This document shows positions 1 to 6,313 of a stretch of DNA of 7,324 bases, piece by piece. The stretch comes from Leidyana gryllorum EB-2025a (lineage: Eukaryota > Protista > Apicomplexa), in the NCBI GenBank assembly GCA_048772705.1, contig JBLWGC010000124.1:1-7324 (forward strand). The letters run 5' to 3'. The notes under the pieces were generated by a model that was given only the letters and a program-made list of their open reading frames with translations, had not been told where the DNA came from and did no database searches. The position numbers and the translations under genes were made by a program. Numbering within the stretch: the stretch's first letter is position 1; each line of letters opens with the position of its first letter.

Positions 1-47
1 CGTAGAGCGCAAGACTTTTGAAGGGAGAACCGCGGGTTCGGGCGGCG
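1..47 (+). pseudogene. tRNA remnant, Lys(TTT)-like, cut by the window edge
   Basis: GTAGAGCG-CAAGA-CT-TTT then CCGCGGGTTCG-GGCGGCG; 3' strand of the T arm is deleted. Homologues at 3846-3909 and 7122-7186. Isotype uncertain. Confidence 0.55.
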
Positions 48-53
48 CGAGCA

Positions 54-117
54 GTCCTAGTAAAGCTTGCTGAACCGTATGTGAAGCCATTGGCCGCAAA
101 ATGCCAAGTTGGACAAC
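54..117 (+). repeat. Conserved Ser 5' flank of about 64 bp; further copies at 1394-1458, 3916-3980 and 7193-7256
   Basis: All four copies share GAACCGTATGTGA and variants of GGCCGCAAAATGCC. Confidence 0.9.
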
Positions 118-199
118 GGCAACTCGCCCGAGTGGTTAAGGGGGTAGACTAGAAATCTACTGGGCCGGGCCCGTGCTGGTTCAAATCCAGCAGTTGTCG
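118..199 (+). tRNA. tRNA-Ser(AGA)
   Basis: 82 nt; acceptor GGCAACT/AGTTGTC, G73; anticodon arm GTAGA-CT-AGA-AA-TCTAC; long variable arm; GGTTCAAATCC. Confidence 0.95.
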
Positions 200-274
200 T
201 GCGATGTGGTTGGAGGGTTAAACACCAACTCACGCTTGAATTTCTGAATGGTGGAAAAGCAACCATGTGTCATC

Positions 275-345
275 TGCATCTGCCGGGAATCGAACCCGGG
301 TCGTCTCGATGGCAACGAGACATTCTACCACTAGACCACAGATGC
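275..345 (-). tRNA. tRNA-Gly(GCC)
   Basis: 71 nt; GCATCTG/CAGATGC, A73; TCTCG-TT-GCC-AT-CGAGA; CCGGG-TTCGATT-CCCGG. Confidence 0.96.
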
Positions 346-410
346 GTGACACCTTGTTGTTGAAGCTCGTACACGGTAACGGCCGTTTTCTGAACGAATG
401 GAATGTCCGT

Positions 411-472
411 GGCGTGTTCATAGTGGTTACTATTTTCGCATGTCACGCGTAAGAAGCGGGCCGATTGCCGGT
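411..472 (+). pseudogene. tRNA-Asp(GTC) remnant
   Basis: TAGTGGTTACTATTTTCGCATGTCACGCGTAAGA aligns to Asp 782-853; 5' acceptor strand deleted and T arm decayed. Confidence 0.8.
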
Positions 473-500
473 AAATGAGTCTGGAACGGGGGATGGTTTT

Positions 501-572
501 GGGCCTATGGGGCAACGGTAGCGCGTCTGACTCCAGATCAGAAGGTTGGGTGTTCGAATCACTCTGGGCTCA
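501..572 (+). tRNA. tRNA-Trp(CCA)
   Basis: 72 nt; GGGCCTA/TGGGCTC; TCTGA-CT-CCA-GA-TCAGA; one D-stem mismatch (GGGC/GCGC). Confidence 0.9.
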
Positions 573-585
573 ACCGGACTCTATG

Positions 586-590
586 TTTTT
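586..590 (+). terminator. Candidate Pol III oligo-T terminator (T5) after Trp
   Basis: TTTTT starting 14 nt after the discriminator. Confidence 0.5.
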
Positions 591-608
591 CCCGTTTGGG
601 GCGCAGCC

Positions 609-688
609 TGACATAAGTGGGATTCGAACCCACGACCTTTCGGACTCCGGTCTGAGCACAGCGCCTCAGACCACTCGGTCATCTTGCC
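609..688 (-). tRNA. tRNA-Leu(CAG), possibly decaying
   Basis: 80 nt; CTGTG-CT-CAG-AC-CGGAG with a G:G mismatch; A5:A68 acceptor mismatch relative to Leu 6007-6086. Confidence 0.75.
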
Positions 689-781
689 GGGATGTTGTTG
701 GCTCGCCGCTCCACGCGTTTTCTATCCCTGGATCTCAAGATGGAAGGACTTTTGGGGTTTCAGGCCGGTGTGTTCGGAGCG

Positions 782-853
782 TCCGAGATAGTATAGTGGT
801 TAGTATTTCCGCCTGTCACGCGGAAGACCCGGGTTCGATTCCCGGTCTCGGAG
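782..853 (+). tRNA. tRNA-Asp(GTC)
   Basis: 72 nt; TCCGAGA/TCTCGGA, G73; TCCGC-CT-GTC-AC-GCGGA; intact A and B boxes. Confidence 0.97.
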
Positions 854-879
854 CACAGTTGATCTCGCTTAAGATTGTC

Positions 880-885
880 TTTTTT
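880..885 (+). terminator. Candidate Pol III oligo-T terminator (T6) after Asp
   Basis: TTTTTT starting 27 nt downstream of Asp. Confidence 0.5.
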
Positions 886-908
886 GGTGCCCGCTGAAAG
901 TTGCAAGC

Positions 909-981
909 TACAGCCACCGAGGATCGAACTCGGGACCTTCTGCGTGTTAAGCAGACGTCGTAACCACTAGACCATGGCTGC
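909..981 (-). tRNA. tRNA-Val(AAC)
   Basis: 73 nt; GCAGCCA/TGGCTGT, A73; TCTGC-TT-AAC-AC-GCAGA; CCGAG-TTCGATC-CTCGG. Confidence 0.95.
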
Positions 982-1041
982 ATGGATGGTCCCCGCAGCC
1001 CAAGAGAAGTGGCGAAGCTTCAGGGAGTAGTGAGGACCAGT

Positions 1042-1110
1042 TCATCGCGCCGGGATCGAACCCAGGTCGGAAATCCAAAGTGTCGAGTGCTAACCACCAA
1101 GGACGCAACC
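1042..1110 (-). pseudogene. tRNA-Gln remnant (loop reads TTG)
   Basis: Aligns to Gln 3073-3144 including both flanks; D stem, anticodon stem and 3' acceptor are disrupted. Confidence 0.85.
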
Positions 1111-1267
1111 GGTTCAGCCCATCCCAGAAGAGTCGGACTAGCGCTTCCTCAACTGGACACATGCAACACGGGTCTTGTATACAGACCCCAGCGTAAAGAG
1201 TTGGATTCGAGTCGGGCAAAAACCTCAGTTCAATCATTCAACCAGTTGCGCTCTCCCCGAATGCTAC

Positions 1268-1349
1268 CGACAAGGGTGAGATTCGAACTCACGCGGGTGG
1301 AACCCAACGGCTTAGCAGGCCGCCGCCTTAACCACTCGGCCACCTTGCC
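1268..1349 (-). tRNA. tRNA-Ser(GCT)
   Basis: 82 nt; GGCAAGG/CCTTGTC, G73; GCGGC-CT-GCT-AA-GCCGT; long variable arm. Confidence 0.95.
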
Positions 1350-1458
1350 GACGACATCTCCTACTCGCTGGCACTTTTTAACAACGGTTTGGGGTCCTAG
1401 TCAAGCTTGCCGAACCGTATGTGACATCACTGGCCGCAAAATGCCGAGTTCGACAGGT

Positions 1459-1540
1459 GGCAACTTGCCCGAGTGGTTAAGGGGGTAGACTCGAAATCTA
1501 CCGGGCCTGGCCCGCGCTGGTTCAAATCCAGCAGTTGTCG
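1459..1540 (+). tRNA. tRNA-Ser(CGA)
   Basis: 82 nt; body nearly identical to the Ser(AGA) copies; GTAGA-CT-CGA-AA-TCTAC. Confidence 0.95.
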
Positions 1541-1604
1541 TGCGATGTGGTGGAAATGATGCAATTCCCAGCATCAAAAACTCATATGGGTCGAGACAAG
1601 GAAT

Positions 1605-1676
1605 GCCTCCTTAGCTTAGGGGCAGAGCATTCGCTTTGTAAGCGAAAGGTCGCTGGTTCGATTCCGGCAGGAGGCT
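1605..1676 (+). tRNA. tRNA-Thr(TGT)
   Basis: 72 nt; GCCTCCT/AGGAGGC; TTCGC-TT-TGT-AA-GCGAA. Confidence 0.95.
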
Positions 1677-1699
1677 TCAGTCATTAGCCTAAACATGGT

Positions 1700-1759
1700 T
1701 GCGATCATCGGCCCGCATTTTCGGACGGCGGCTTGCACGCAGCACTCGGCCATCTTGCC
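1700..1759 (-). pseudogene. tRNA-Leu remnant
   Basis: Minus strand GGCAAGATGGCCGAGTG...GTCCGAAAA; internal deletion, T arm lost; lies in the same Leu-Asp cassette as 609-853. Confidence 0.8.
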
Positions 1760-1836
1760 GAAGTGTTACCCGTTTCCTGTCCGTGAAATTCAAAATGCGA
1801 GGAGTTCTGGGGTTGGAGGCCGGCGTGTTTATAGCG

Positions 1837-1908
1837 TCCGAGATAGTATAGTGATTAGTATTTCCGCCTGTCACTCGGAAGACCCGTGTTCGATTCCCGG
1901 TCTCGGAG
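1837..1908 (+). pseudogene. tRNA-Asp(GTC), full length but probably non-functional
   Basis: Three substitutions versus 782-853: D-loop GG>GA, anticodon-stem C:T and T-stem T:C mismatches. Confidence 0.75.
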
Positions 1909-1953
1909 CAGTTCCAGCCCCTCACAACTGCTGCAACTCAGGTTTTGTCTCAG

Positions 1954-2005
1954 CTGGTCTGGACTTCATCCGGCATTGTAAGAGTGGGAGCCGCATATAG
2001 AAGCC
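1954..2005 (-). pseudogene. tRNA-Glu remnant
   Basis: GGACTTCATCCGG...GTGGGAGCCGCATATAGAAGCC aligns to Glu 2407-2479; followed by a Pro remnant, same order as 2407-2632. Confidence 0.65.
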
Positions 2006-2046
2006 GACCTTGGAGAGACGTGGCATTGAGTCAACAACTATCAAAC

Positions 2047-2116
2047 GGGCTGTTCTGGGAATCGAACCCAGGACTTCTTCCACCAAAGGAAGAATACATA
2101 ACTGGACCAAACAGAG
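2047..2116 (-). pseudogene. tRNA-Pro(TGG) pseudogene
   Basis: 3' half identical to Pro 2561-2632; 6-nt anticodon loop TT-TGG-T; D-loop GG lost; 5' acceptor end altered. Confidence 0.85.
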
Positions 2117-2131
2117 CGCTGTGGGTGCGTC

Positions 2132-2204
2132 AGGTACTGGCAGGTTCCAAACCTGCGACTTCGTGGCTAAGAGACTTACACTCTGATGGCTGAGCTACGA
2201 GGCT
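2132..2204 (-). pseudogene. tRNA-Asn-derived pseudogene (loop reads CTT)
   Basis: Aligns to Asn 5686-5758; D loop, anticodon stem and TTC motif are mutated. Confidence 0.8.
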
Positions 2205-2258
2205 CAGCTACGATGATTTGAGTTGCGATAAGCTTGCAGGTACCCATTCGATGCAGTC

Positions 2259-2330
2259 AGCCTTCTGCCGGAATCGAACCGGCGACCTTTCGCTTACTAA
2301 GCGAATGCTCTGCCCCTAAGCTAAGAAGGC
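2259..2330 (-). tRNA. tRNA-Thr(AGT)
   Basis: 72 nt; GCCTTCT/AGAAGGC; TTCGC-TT-AGT-AA-GCGAA; GCCGG-TTCGATT-CCGGC. Confidence 0.96.
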
Positions 2331-2406
2331 AATGCAAGCCAAAGATCACGAATCAGTCACTATTGACGGGGATTTCTGAGGCACTTTGCTCGAATGGTTC
2401 AATGAC

Positions 2407-2479
2407 TTCCACTGCCGGGACTTGAACCCAGATCGTGCGGGTGAGAGCCGCATATCCTAGCCACTTAGACTACAGTGGA
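2407..2479 (-). tRNA. tRNA-Glu(CTC)
   Basis: 73 nt; TCCACTG/CAGTGGA; TGCGG-CT-CTC-AC-CCGCA. Confidence 0.94.
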
Positions 2480-2560
2480 CAACTTCCTCAGCTGCAGCTT
2501 TAGCCGAGAGCCGTACCCTCTTGATCTGAGATAGAGCGTCGGGTCAACCGACAAGCAACG

Positions 2561-2632
2561 GGGCTGTTCTGGGAATCGAACCCAGGACTTCTTCCACCCG
2601 AAGGAAGAATCATACCACTAGACCAAACAGCC
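2561..2632 (-). tRNA. tRNA-Pro(CGG)
   Basis: 72 nt; GGCTGTT/AACAGCC, C73; CTTCC-TT-CGG-GT-GGAAG. Confidence 0.96.
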
Positions 2633-2721
2633 GCCTGTCGGTCGTGCAACGCGGTGAGCACAGTCGCGAGAGTGGTCATACGATGTTGAGAATCAACAAA
2701 ATGCGACGGGGTCTGCACAAA

Positions 2722-2794
2722 GGGCGACTAGCTCAAATGGTAGAGCGCTCGCTTAGCATGCGAGAGGTACTGGGATCGATGCCCAGGTCGTCCA
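2722..2794 (+). tRNA. tRNA-Ala(AGC)
   Basis: 73 nt; G3:U70 identity pair; CTCGC-TT-AGC-AT-GCGAG; eukaryotic Ala-type GATCG T loop. Confidence 0.96.
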
Positions 2795-2818
2795 CACTTC
2801 GTAGTCTGCAAGTGCCGC

Positions 2819-2824
2819 TTTTTT
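2819..2824 (+). terminator. Candidate Pol III oligo-T terminator (T6) after Ala
   Basis: TTTTTT starting 25 nt downstream of Ala. Confidence 0.5.
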
Positions 2825-3072
2825 ACTACAGAGTTGAAAGCTTTCAAGTGTGCCCTTTACCCCTTGGCTAGACTCGGGCACCGCAGTATGTGTGAAGGTT
2901 GCCTCAGAGCCCGGATTTCCGAGTTTGCATTTTACAATCACACACTCTGCCGACGAAGATACCAGAGTCAGTTACAATATTTCAAAGGTCAGTAGAGAGA
3001 CGCGTGTTGCATGTGTCCAGTTGGGAACGCTAGCCCGGATGATTCTACCGACTCTTTTGGATGGGCTGAACC

Positions 3073-3144
3073 GGTTGCGTGGTGTAGTGGTTAGCACTGG
3101 AGACTCTGAATCTCCCGACCTGGGTTCGATTCCCGGCGCGACCT
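3073..3144 (+). tRNA. tRNA-Gln(CTG)
   Basis: 72 nt; GGTTGCG/CGCGACC, U73; GGAGA-CT-CTG-AA-TCTCC. Confidence 0.95.
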
Positions 3145-3195
3145 TGGAACTGGTCCTCACTACTCCCTGAAACTTCGCCATCTCTTGCCATTCGT

Positions 3196-3222
3196 GCAGC
3201 CACGATCTAGTGGTCTCGACGT
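3196..3222 (+). pseudogene. tRNA-Val 5' fragment
   Basis: GCAGCCACGATCTAGTGGTCTCGACGT versus Val GCAGCCATGGTCTAGTGGTTACGACGT, in the syntenic position after Gln. Confidence 0.75.
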
Positions 3223-3286
3223 ACACGACCGTTTTACTTCAAATGAGAAGATAGAATCGAGTTGAGCGAGTGTGAGGGGCAGTTCT

Positions 3287-3358
3287 GGGTACGTAGCTCA
3301 GTGGTAGAGCAGCTGACTGCAGATCAGCAGGCTCGTGGTTCAACTCCGCGCGTGCCCT
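3287..3358 (+). tRNA. tRNA-Cys(GCA)
   Basis: 72 nt; GGGTACG/CGTGCCC, U73; GCTGA-CT-GCA-GA-TCAGC. Confidence 0.94.
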
Positions 3359-3427
3359 GGAGATGGGCTAAAACGCTCGAAGTTGTTGGTCCAACATTCC
3401 TGACCACAATGCAATGAGTCTGGACCG

Positions 3428-3490
3428 GGGCCTATGGCGGAACGTAGCGGGTCTGACTGCAGCTTAGAAAATTGGGGGTTCGAATCACTC
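3428..3490 (+). pseudogene. tRNA-Trp-derived pseudogene (loop reads GCA)
   Basis: Aligns to Trp 501-572 and shares the upstream AATGAGTCTGGA; 3' acceptor strand lost. Confidence 0.85.
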
Positions 3491-3527
3491 AATTTGATCT
3501 CATGATCTTCCCGTATGGGGGGCAACC

Positions 3528-3588
3528 TGAGAAGAGTGGGATTCGGGCCGACGCCCTTCCCGTACTGCGCCGTCTACAGCTTCTTGCC
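3528..3588 (-). pseudogene. tRNA-Leu remnant
   Basis: TGAGAAGAGTGGGATTCG...TCTTGCC aligns to both ends of Leu; D arm deleted; syntenic with Trp-Leu 501-688. Confidence 0.8.
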
Positions 3589-3671
3589 AGTGTCTGAATG
3601 GCTCTGTGATGTTTGATTCTAACTCAGGGGGATCCAGCATCCGGGTCGGTGCCATCTGTCGTCGCAGAAGT

Positions 3672-3745
3672 GGTCGCGTAGCTCAGTCGGTTAGAGCGTG
3701 AGCCTAATAAGCTCAAGGTCCCCGGTTCGAGCCCGGGCGTGACCA
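3672..3745 (+). tRNA. tRNA-Ile(AAT)
   Basis: 74 nt; GGTCGCG/CGTGACC, A73; TGAGC-CT-AAT-AA-GCTCA. Confidence 0.96.
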
Positions 3746-3845
3746 AGTGAGTAGATCTCTGATAAATAGTTGTCCTGGACCCGATGAAGCCTCAACATTC
3801 TGCGACCAATACGAAAGGAACTAGTTACTAAGTCCGAGCTTCCTT

Positions 3846-3909
3846 GCCGCTCCAGCTCCGTCGGTAGACCCCTAAATTTCTAATGGAGAGACCGCAGCTT
3901 CGGGCAGCG
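3846..3909 (+). pseudogene. tRNA remnant, Lys-like
   Basis: GCCGCTC-CAGCTCCGTCGGTAGA (A-box-like) ... CTTCG-GGCAGCG; same T-arm deletion as 1-47. Confidence 0.55.
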
Positions 3910-3980
3910 CCAGCAGTCCGAGTCAAGCTTGCTGAACCGTATGTGAAGCCACAGGGCGCAAGATGCCAAGTCCGACAGGT

Positions 3981-4062
3981 GGCAACTTGCCCGAGTGGTT
4001 AAGGGGGTAGACTAGAAATCTACTGGGCCTGGCCCGCGCTGGTTCAAATCCAGCAGTTGTCG
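3981..4062 (+). tRNA. tRNA-Ser(AGA)
   Basis: 82 nt; GTAGA-CT-AGA-AA-TCTAC; stems intact. Confidence 0.96.
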
Positions 4063-4144
4063 TGCGATCTGATTGGAGGGACAGACAACAACTCACTCCT
4101 GAAACCCCAGAATGGTGCCTCAATCAACCATCTGCCATCTTCTC

Positions 4145-4215
4145 TGCATCTGCCGGGAATCGAACCTGGGTCGTCTCGGTGACAACGACACAGTCTACCA
4201 CTAAACCACAGATGC
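4145..4215 (-). pseudogene. tRNA-Gly body with GTC (Asp) anticodon, probably decaying
   Basis: Paralogue of Gly 275-345 with flanks; TGTCG-TT-GTC-AC-CGAGA with a G:G mismatch; T-stem A:C mismatch. Confidence 0.8.
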
Positions 4216-4339
4216 GTGACATCTCCATTCCTGAATACAAAGCGAAGGGTCTTAAAACTAGTCCAGGCCGTCCAACTTAGGCCGATACATAAAAACCAGG
4301 CTCATCGGATACGTGGTTCCAGAGACACACGCTCTTTTC

Positions 4340-4417
4340 GCAGTCCGGAAGCTATCTAGTGGTCACGACGTCTGTTTAACACGCAGAAGGTCCCGAGTTC
4401 CATCCTCGGTGGCTGTA
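4340..4417 (+). pseudogene. tRNA-Val(AAC) pseudogene
   Basis: 3' two-thirds match Val 909-981; 5' acceptor/D strand disrupted by an insertion; T loop TTCC rather than TTCG. Confidence 0.85.
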
Positions 4418-4469
4418 ACACGCATCGTTCAGGTGAGCATCACGAAATCTAGAGAGGAAGACGATCTAT

Positions 4470-4541
4470 CTCCGAGACCGGAAATCGAACCCGGGTCTTC
4501 CGCGTGACAGGCGGAAATGCTAACCACTATACTATCTCGGA
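4470..4541 (-). tRNA. tRNA-Asp(GTC), two substitutions
   Basis: 72 nt; differs from 782-853 by a D-stem T>C and C61>T in the B box. Confidence 0.82.
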
Positions 4542-4632
4542 CGCTCTGAACACGCCGGCCTCCAATCCCAGAAGTCTTTCTATTTTGGCTCACGGACAAA
4601 AAACGCATGGAGCGATGAACCAACAACACTGT

Positions 4633-4694
4633 GGCAAGATGGCCGAGATGTCTGAGGCGCTGTGCTCAGACCGCAGTCCGAAAGGGCGAGGATC
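4633..4694 (+). pseudogene. tRNA-Leu(CAG), 3'-truncated
   Basis: GGCAAGATGGCCGAG...CTGTG-CT-CAG-AC-CGCAG-TCCGAAAGGGCG; D-loop GG lost; no T loop or 3' acceptor. Confidence 0.85.
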
Positions 4695-4733
4695 TCGGGT
4701 TGAGCCTTTCGGACCCCCGGAGCAGTTGGACGG

Positions 4734-4813
4734 CCGGGGGTTGCTCAGTTGGTAGAGCATCTGACTGTAGTGCTGGCATCAGATAGTCGGCGGTTCGATT
4801 CCGTCCCACCGGA
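4734..4813 (+). tRNA. tRNA-Tyr(GTA) with a 7-nt intron at 4771-4777
   Basis: C1:G72, A73; TCTGA-CT-GTA-G-[TGCTGGC]-A-TCAGA; 73 nt after splicing; one acceptor G:A mismatch and T at position 9. Confidence 0.85.
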
Positions 4814-4895
4814 AGTAGAGTGGTGATTGGCAAAGTACTAGACAGCGTTGATAGGCCAACCAGACTACTCTGGCGAGGGTTCCATCTATGTAGTT

Positions 4896-4967
4896 CGGAT
4901 GGGCTGAGAATCGATCCCGGAACCTTTCGCATACCAAGCACCGTTTCATCATCTGGGCTAGCCTCCC
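4896..4967 (-). pseudogene. tRNA-Ala remnant
   Basis: Minus strand GGGAGGCTAGCCCAGATG...ATGCGAAAGGTTCCGGGATCGAT...TCC; divergent from Pro, as in 2561-2794. Confidence 0.75.
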
Positions 4968-5056
4968 TCTGTGCCTACCTCATGGCATTGAGTGATACTC
5001 CACATAGTGAGACGAGTCTCTCGACTGTACCCAGCGGGTTGAACCACCGGCTAGGC

Positions 5057-5128
5057 GGCTGTTTGGTCTAGTGGTATGATCCTTCCTTAGGGTGGAAGGA
5101 GTCCTGGGTTCGATTCCCAGAACAGCCC
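5057..5128 (+). tRNA. tRNA-Pro(AGG)
   Basis: 72 nt; GGCTGTT/AACAGCC; CTTCC-TT-AGG-GT-GGAAG. Confidence 0.95.
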
Positions 5129-5262
5129 TCTTAAATGTCGGTTGACCCGATGGGATAAGCAGGTTTTAGAAGTAACACAGCCACCTCGTTACCACTTCGG
5201 CACTCAAGGCAATTAACATCTCAAAAATCGCATTTCGGCTCCCTCTTCCATGGTGCAGACTG

Positions 5263-5334
5263 AGCAGTGTAGCTCAGTGGAAGAGTGTTGGGCTCATAAC
5301 CCAAAGGTCCGTCGATCGAAACGACGCACTGCTA
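5263..5334 (+). tRNA. Initiator tRNA-Met(CAT)
   Basis: A1:U72; three consecutive G:C pairs in the anticodon stem (TTGGG-CT-CAT-AA-CCCAA); A54/A60 (GATCGAAA). Confidence 0.96.
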
Positions 5335-5383
5335 AGTGTGCGCAGGAGGGAAACAGTTACAGAATTGACTGGGTCGTGAGCAA

Positions 5384-5447
5384 AGCCTTCTGCCGGAATC
5401 GAGCCGGCGCTTACGAAGCGAACGCTCTGCCCCTAAGCTTAGAAGGC
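5384..5447 (-). pseudogene. tRNA-Thr(CGT) pseudogene with an 8-nt deletion
   Basis: 64 nt; lacks ACCTTTCG relative to Thr 2259-2330, removing the 3' anticodon stem and variable loop. Confidence 0.9.
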
Positions 5448-5497
5448 AATGTAAGTCGGAGATAACATGGAGCACTTTGCTCGAGTACTTCAATGAC

Positions 5498-5570
5498 TTC
5501 CACTGCCGGGACTTGAACCCGGATCGTGCGGGTGAGAGCCGCATATCCTAGCCACTTAGACTACAGTGGA
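5498..5570 (-). tRNA. tRNA-Glu(CTC)
   Basis: 73 nt; one difference from 2407-2479; stems intact. Confidence 0.96.
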
Positions 5571-5685
5571 CAACTCCCTCAGCCGCAGCTTTAGCCGAGA
5601 GCCGTACCCTCTTGACAAGACGTGGTTGCAATCCTGCGGTACAAAAAGGAGGATGTCTATACTAACCTGTGAACCATTGTAGCTG

Positions 5686-5758
5686 GGCCTTGTAGCTCAG
5701 TCGGCAGAGCGTGTGGCTGTTAACCACAAAGTCGCAGGTTCGAAACCCGCCAGGACCG
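5686..5758 (+). tRNA. tRNA-Asn(GTT)
   Basis: 73 nt; TGTGG-CT-GTT-AA-CCACA; G73; C3:A70 and one T-stem A:C mismatch. Confidence 0.85.
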
Positions 5759-5802
5759 GTTTCAGAGGCACACTAAACACTGACTGCGCTGCTCTCCCAA
5801 TG

Positions 5803-5860
5803 GCACTTGTGGTCTGCGACTCTTCAAAGATGTAAGTTTGTTTGGATCCCGCCACGTGCA
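5803..5860 (+). pseudogene. tRNA-Gly(CCC)-type remnant
   Basis: 5' GCACTTGTGGTC and 3' TCCCGCCACGTGCA-GCCG match the ends of Gly 6461-6531; interior is lost. Confidence 0.7.
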
Positions 5861-5873
5861 GCCGTATGTACTT

Positions 5874-5946
5874 TGGACGACCTCGGTATCGATCCCAGTA
5901 CCTCTCGCATGCGAAGCGAGCGCACTACCATCTGAGCTAGCCGCCC
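5874..5946 (-). tRNA. tRNA-Ala(CGC)
   Basis: 73 nt; G3:U70; CTCGC-TT-CGC-AT-GCGAG; one D-stem and one T-stem mismatch. Confidence 0.85.
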
Positions 5947-6006
5947 ATGCGCTCTACATGGAAGACCTATTGCATCCAGTGGCTGACCGAGGGCCGATAA
6001 AACGGC

Positions 6007-6086
6007 TGACAAGAGTGGGATTCGAACCCACGCCCTTTCGGACTGCGGCCTTAACACAGCGCCTTGGACCACTCGGCCATCTTGCC
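6007..6086 (-). tRNA. tRNA-Leu(AAG)
   Basis: 80 nt; GGCAAGA/TCTTGTC, A73; CTGTG-TT-AAG-GC-CGCAG; T4 on the minus strand at 5999-6002. Confidence 0.96.
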
Positions 6087-6159
6087 GGAGTGTTCTTGGC
6101 TCGCCACTTTACACGTTTTCTGTTCGTGAAGTCTCGAGAAGAAAGGCTTTTCTCACGGG

Positions 6160-6236
6160 CCGGGGTGCTTAGATGGCAACCCATCTGATGGTAGTGGTGG
6201 CATCAGCTATTCGACGAGGAAATTCCGTCCGCCGGG
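6160..6236 (+). pseudogene. tRNA-Tyr pseudogene retaining the 7-nt intron (6195-6201)
   Basis: CATCTGATGGTAG-TGGTGGC-ATCAG aligns to Tyr 4734-4813; D and T loops destroyed. Confidence 0.8.
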
Positions 6237-6313
6237 AGTTGAGGAGTGGACTTCTTACAACGCATTCCATCCTGATCGATGCTTCGCTACCTCTACAGCC
6301 TCGCTCAAAGATT

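Larger units (their letters stand above)
2130..2524 (-). repeat. psiAsn-Thr-Glu cassette; further copies at about 5384-5615 (Thr-Glu only) and 6597-6993
   Basis: Shared spacers GCACTTTGCT...TTCAATGAC and GCCGAGAGCCGTAC. Confidence 0.9.

Noticed and set aside
74-100. ACCGT...AGCCATTGGC resemblance to the dinoflagellate/Perkinsus spliced leader
   Set aside because: Needs a 6-nt insertion plus a deletion, and the match is weaker in the other three copies
2834-2847. Perfect 14-bp palindrome TTGAAAGCTTTCAA
   Set aside because: About 0.45 such palindromes are expected by chance in 7.3 kb; single occurrence
2895-2960. Possible minus-strand tRNA remnant (GTCGGCAGAGTGTGTGATTGTAA, Asn-like)
   Set aside because: Only a D-arm-like stretch aligns; no T arm or acceptor support
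4582-4592. ATTTTGGCTCA, an 11-nt match to the dinoflagellate spliced leader
   Set aside because: Short, not preserved in homologous Leu-Asp spacers, and no SL RNA context; compatible with chance
5170-5210. Possible minus-strand tRNA remnant (GCCGAAGTGGTAAC)
   Set aside because: A-box-like only; no parent gene assignable
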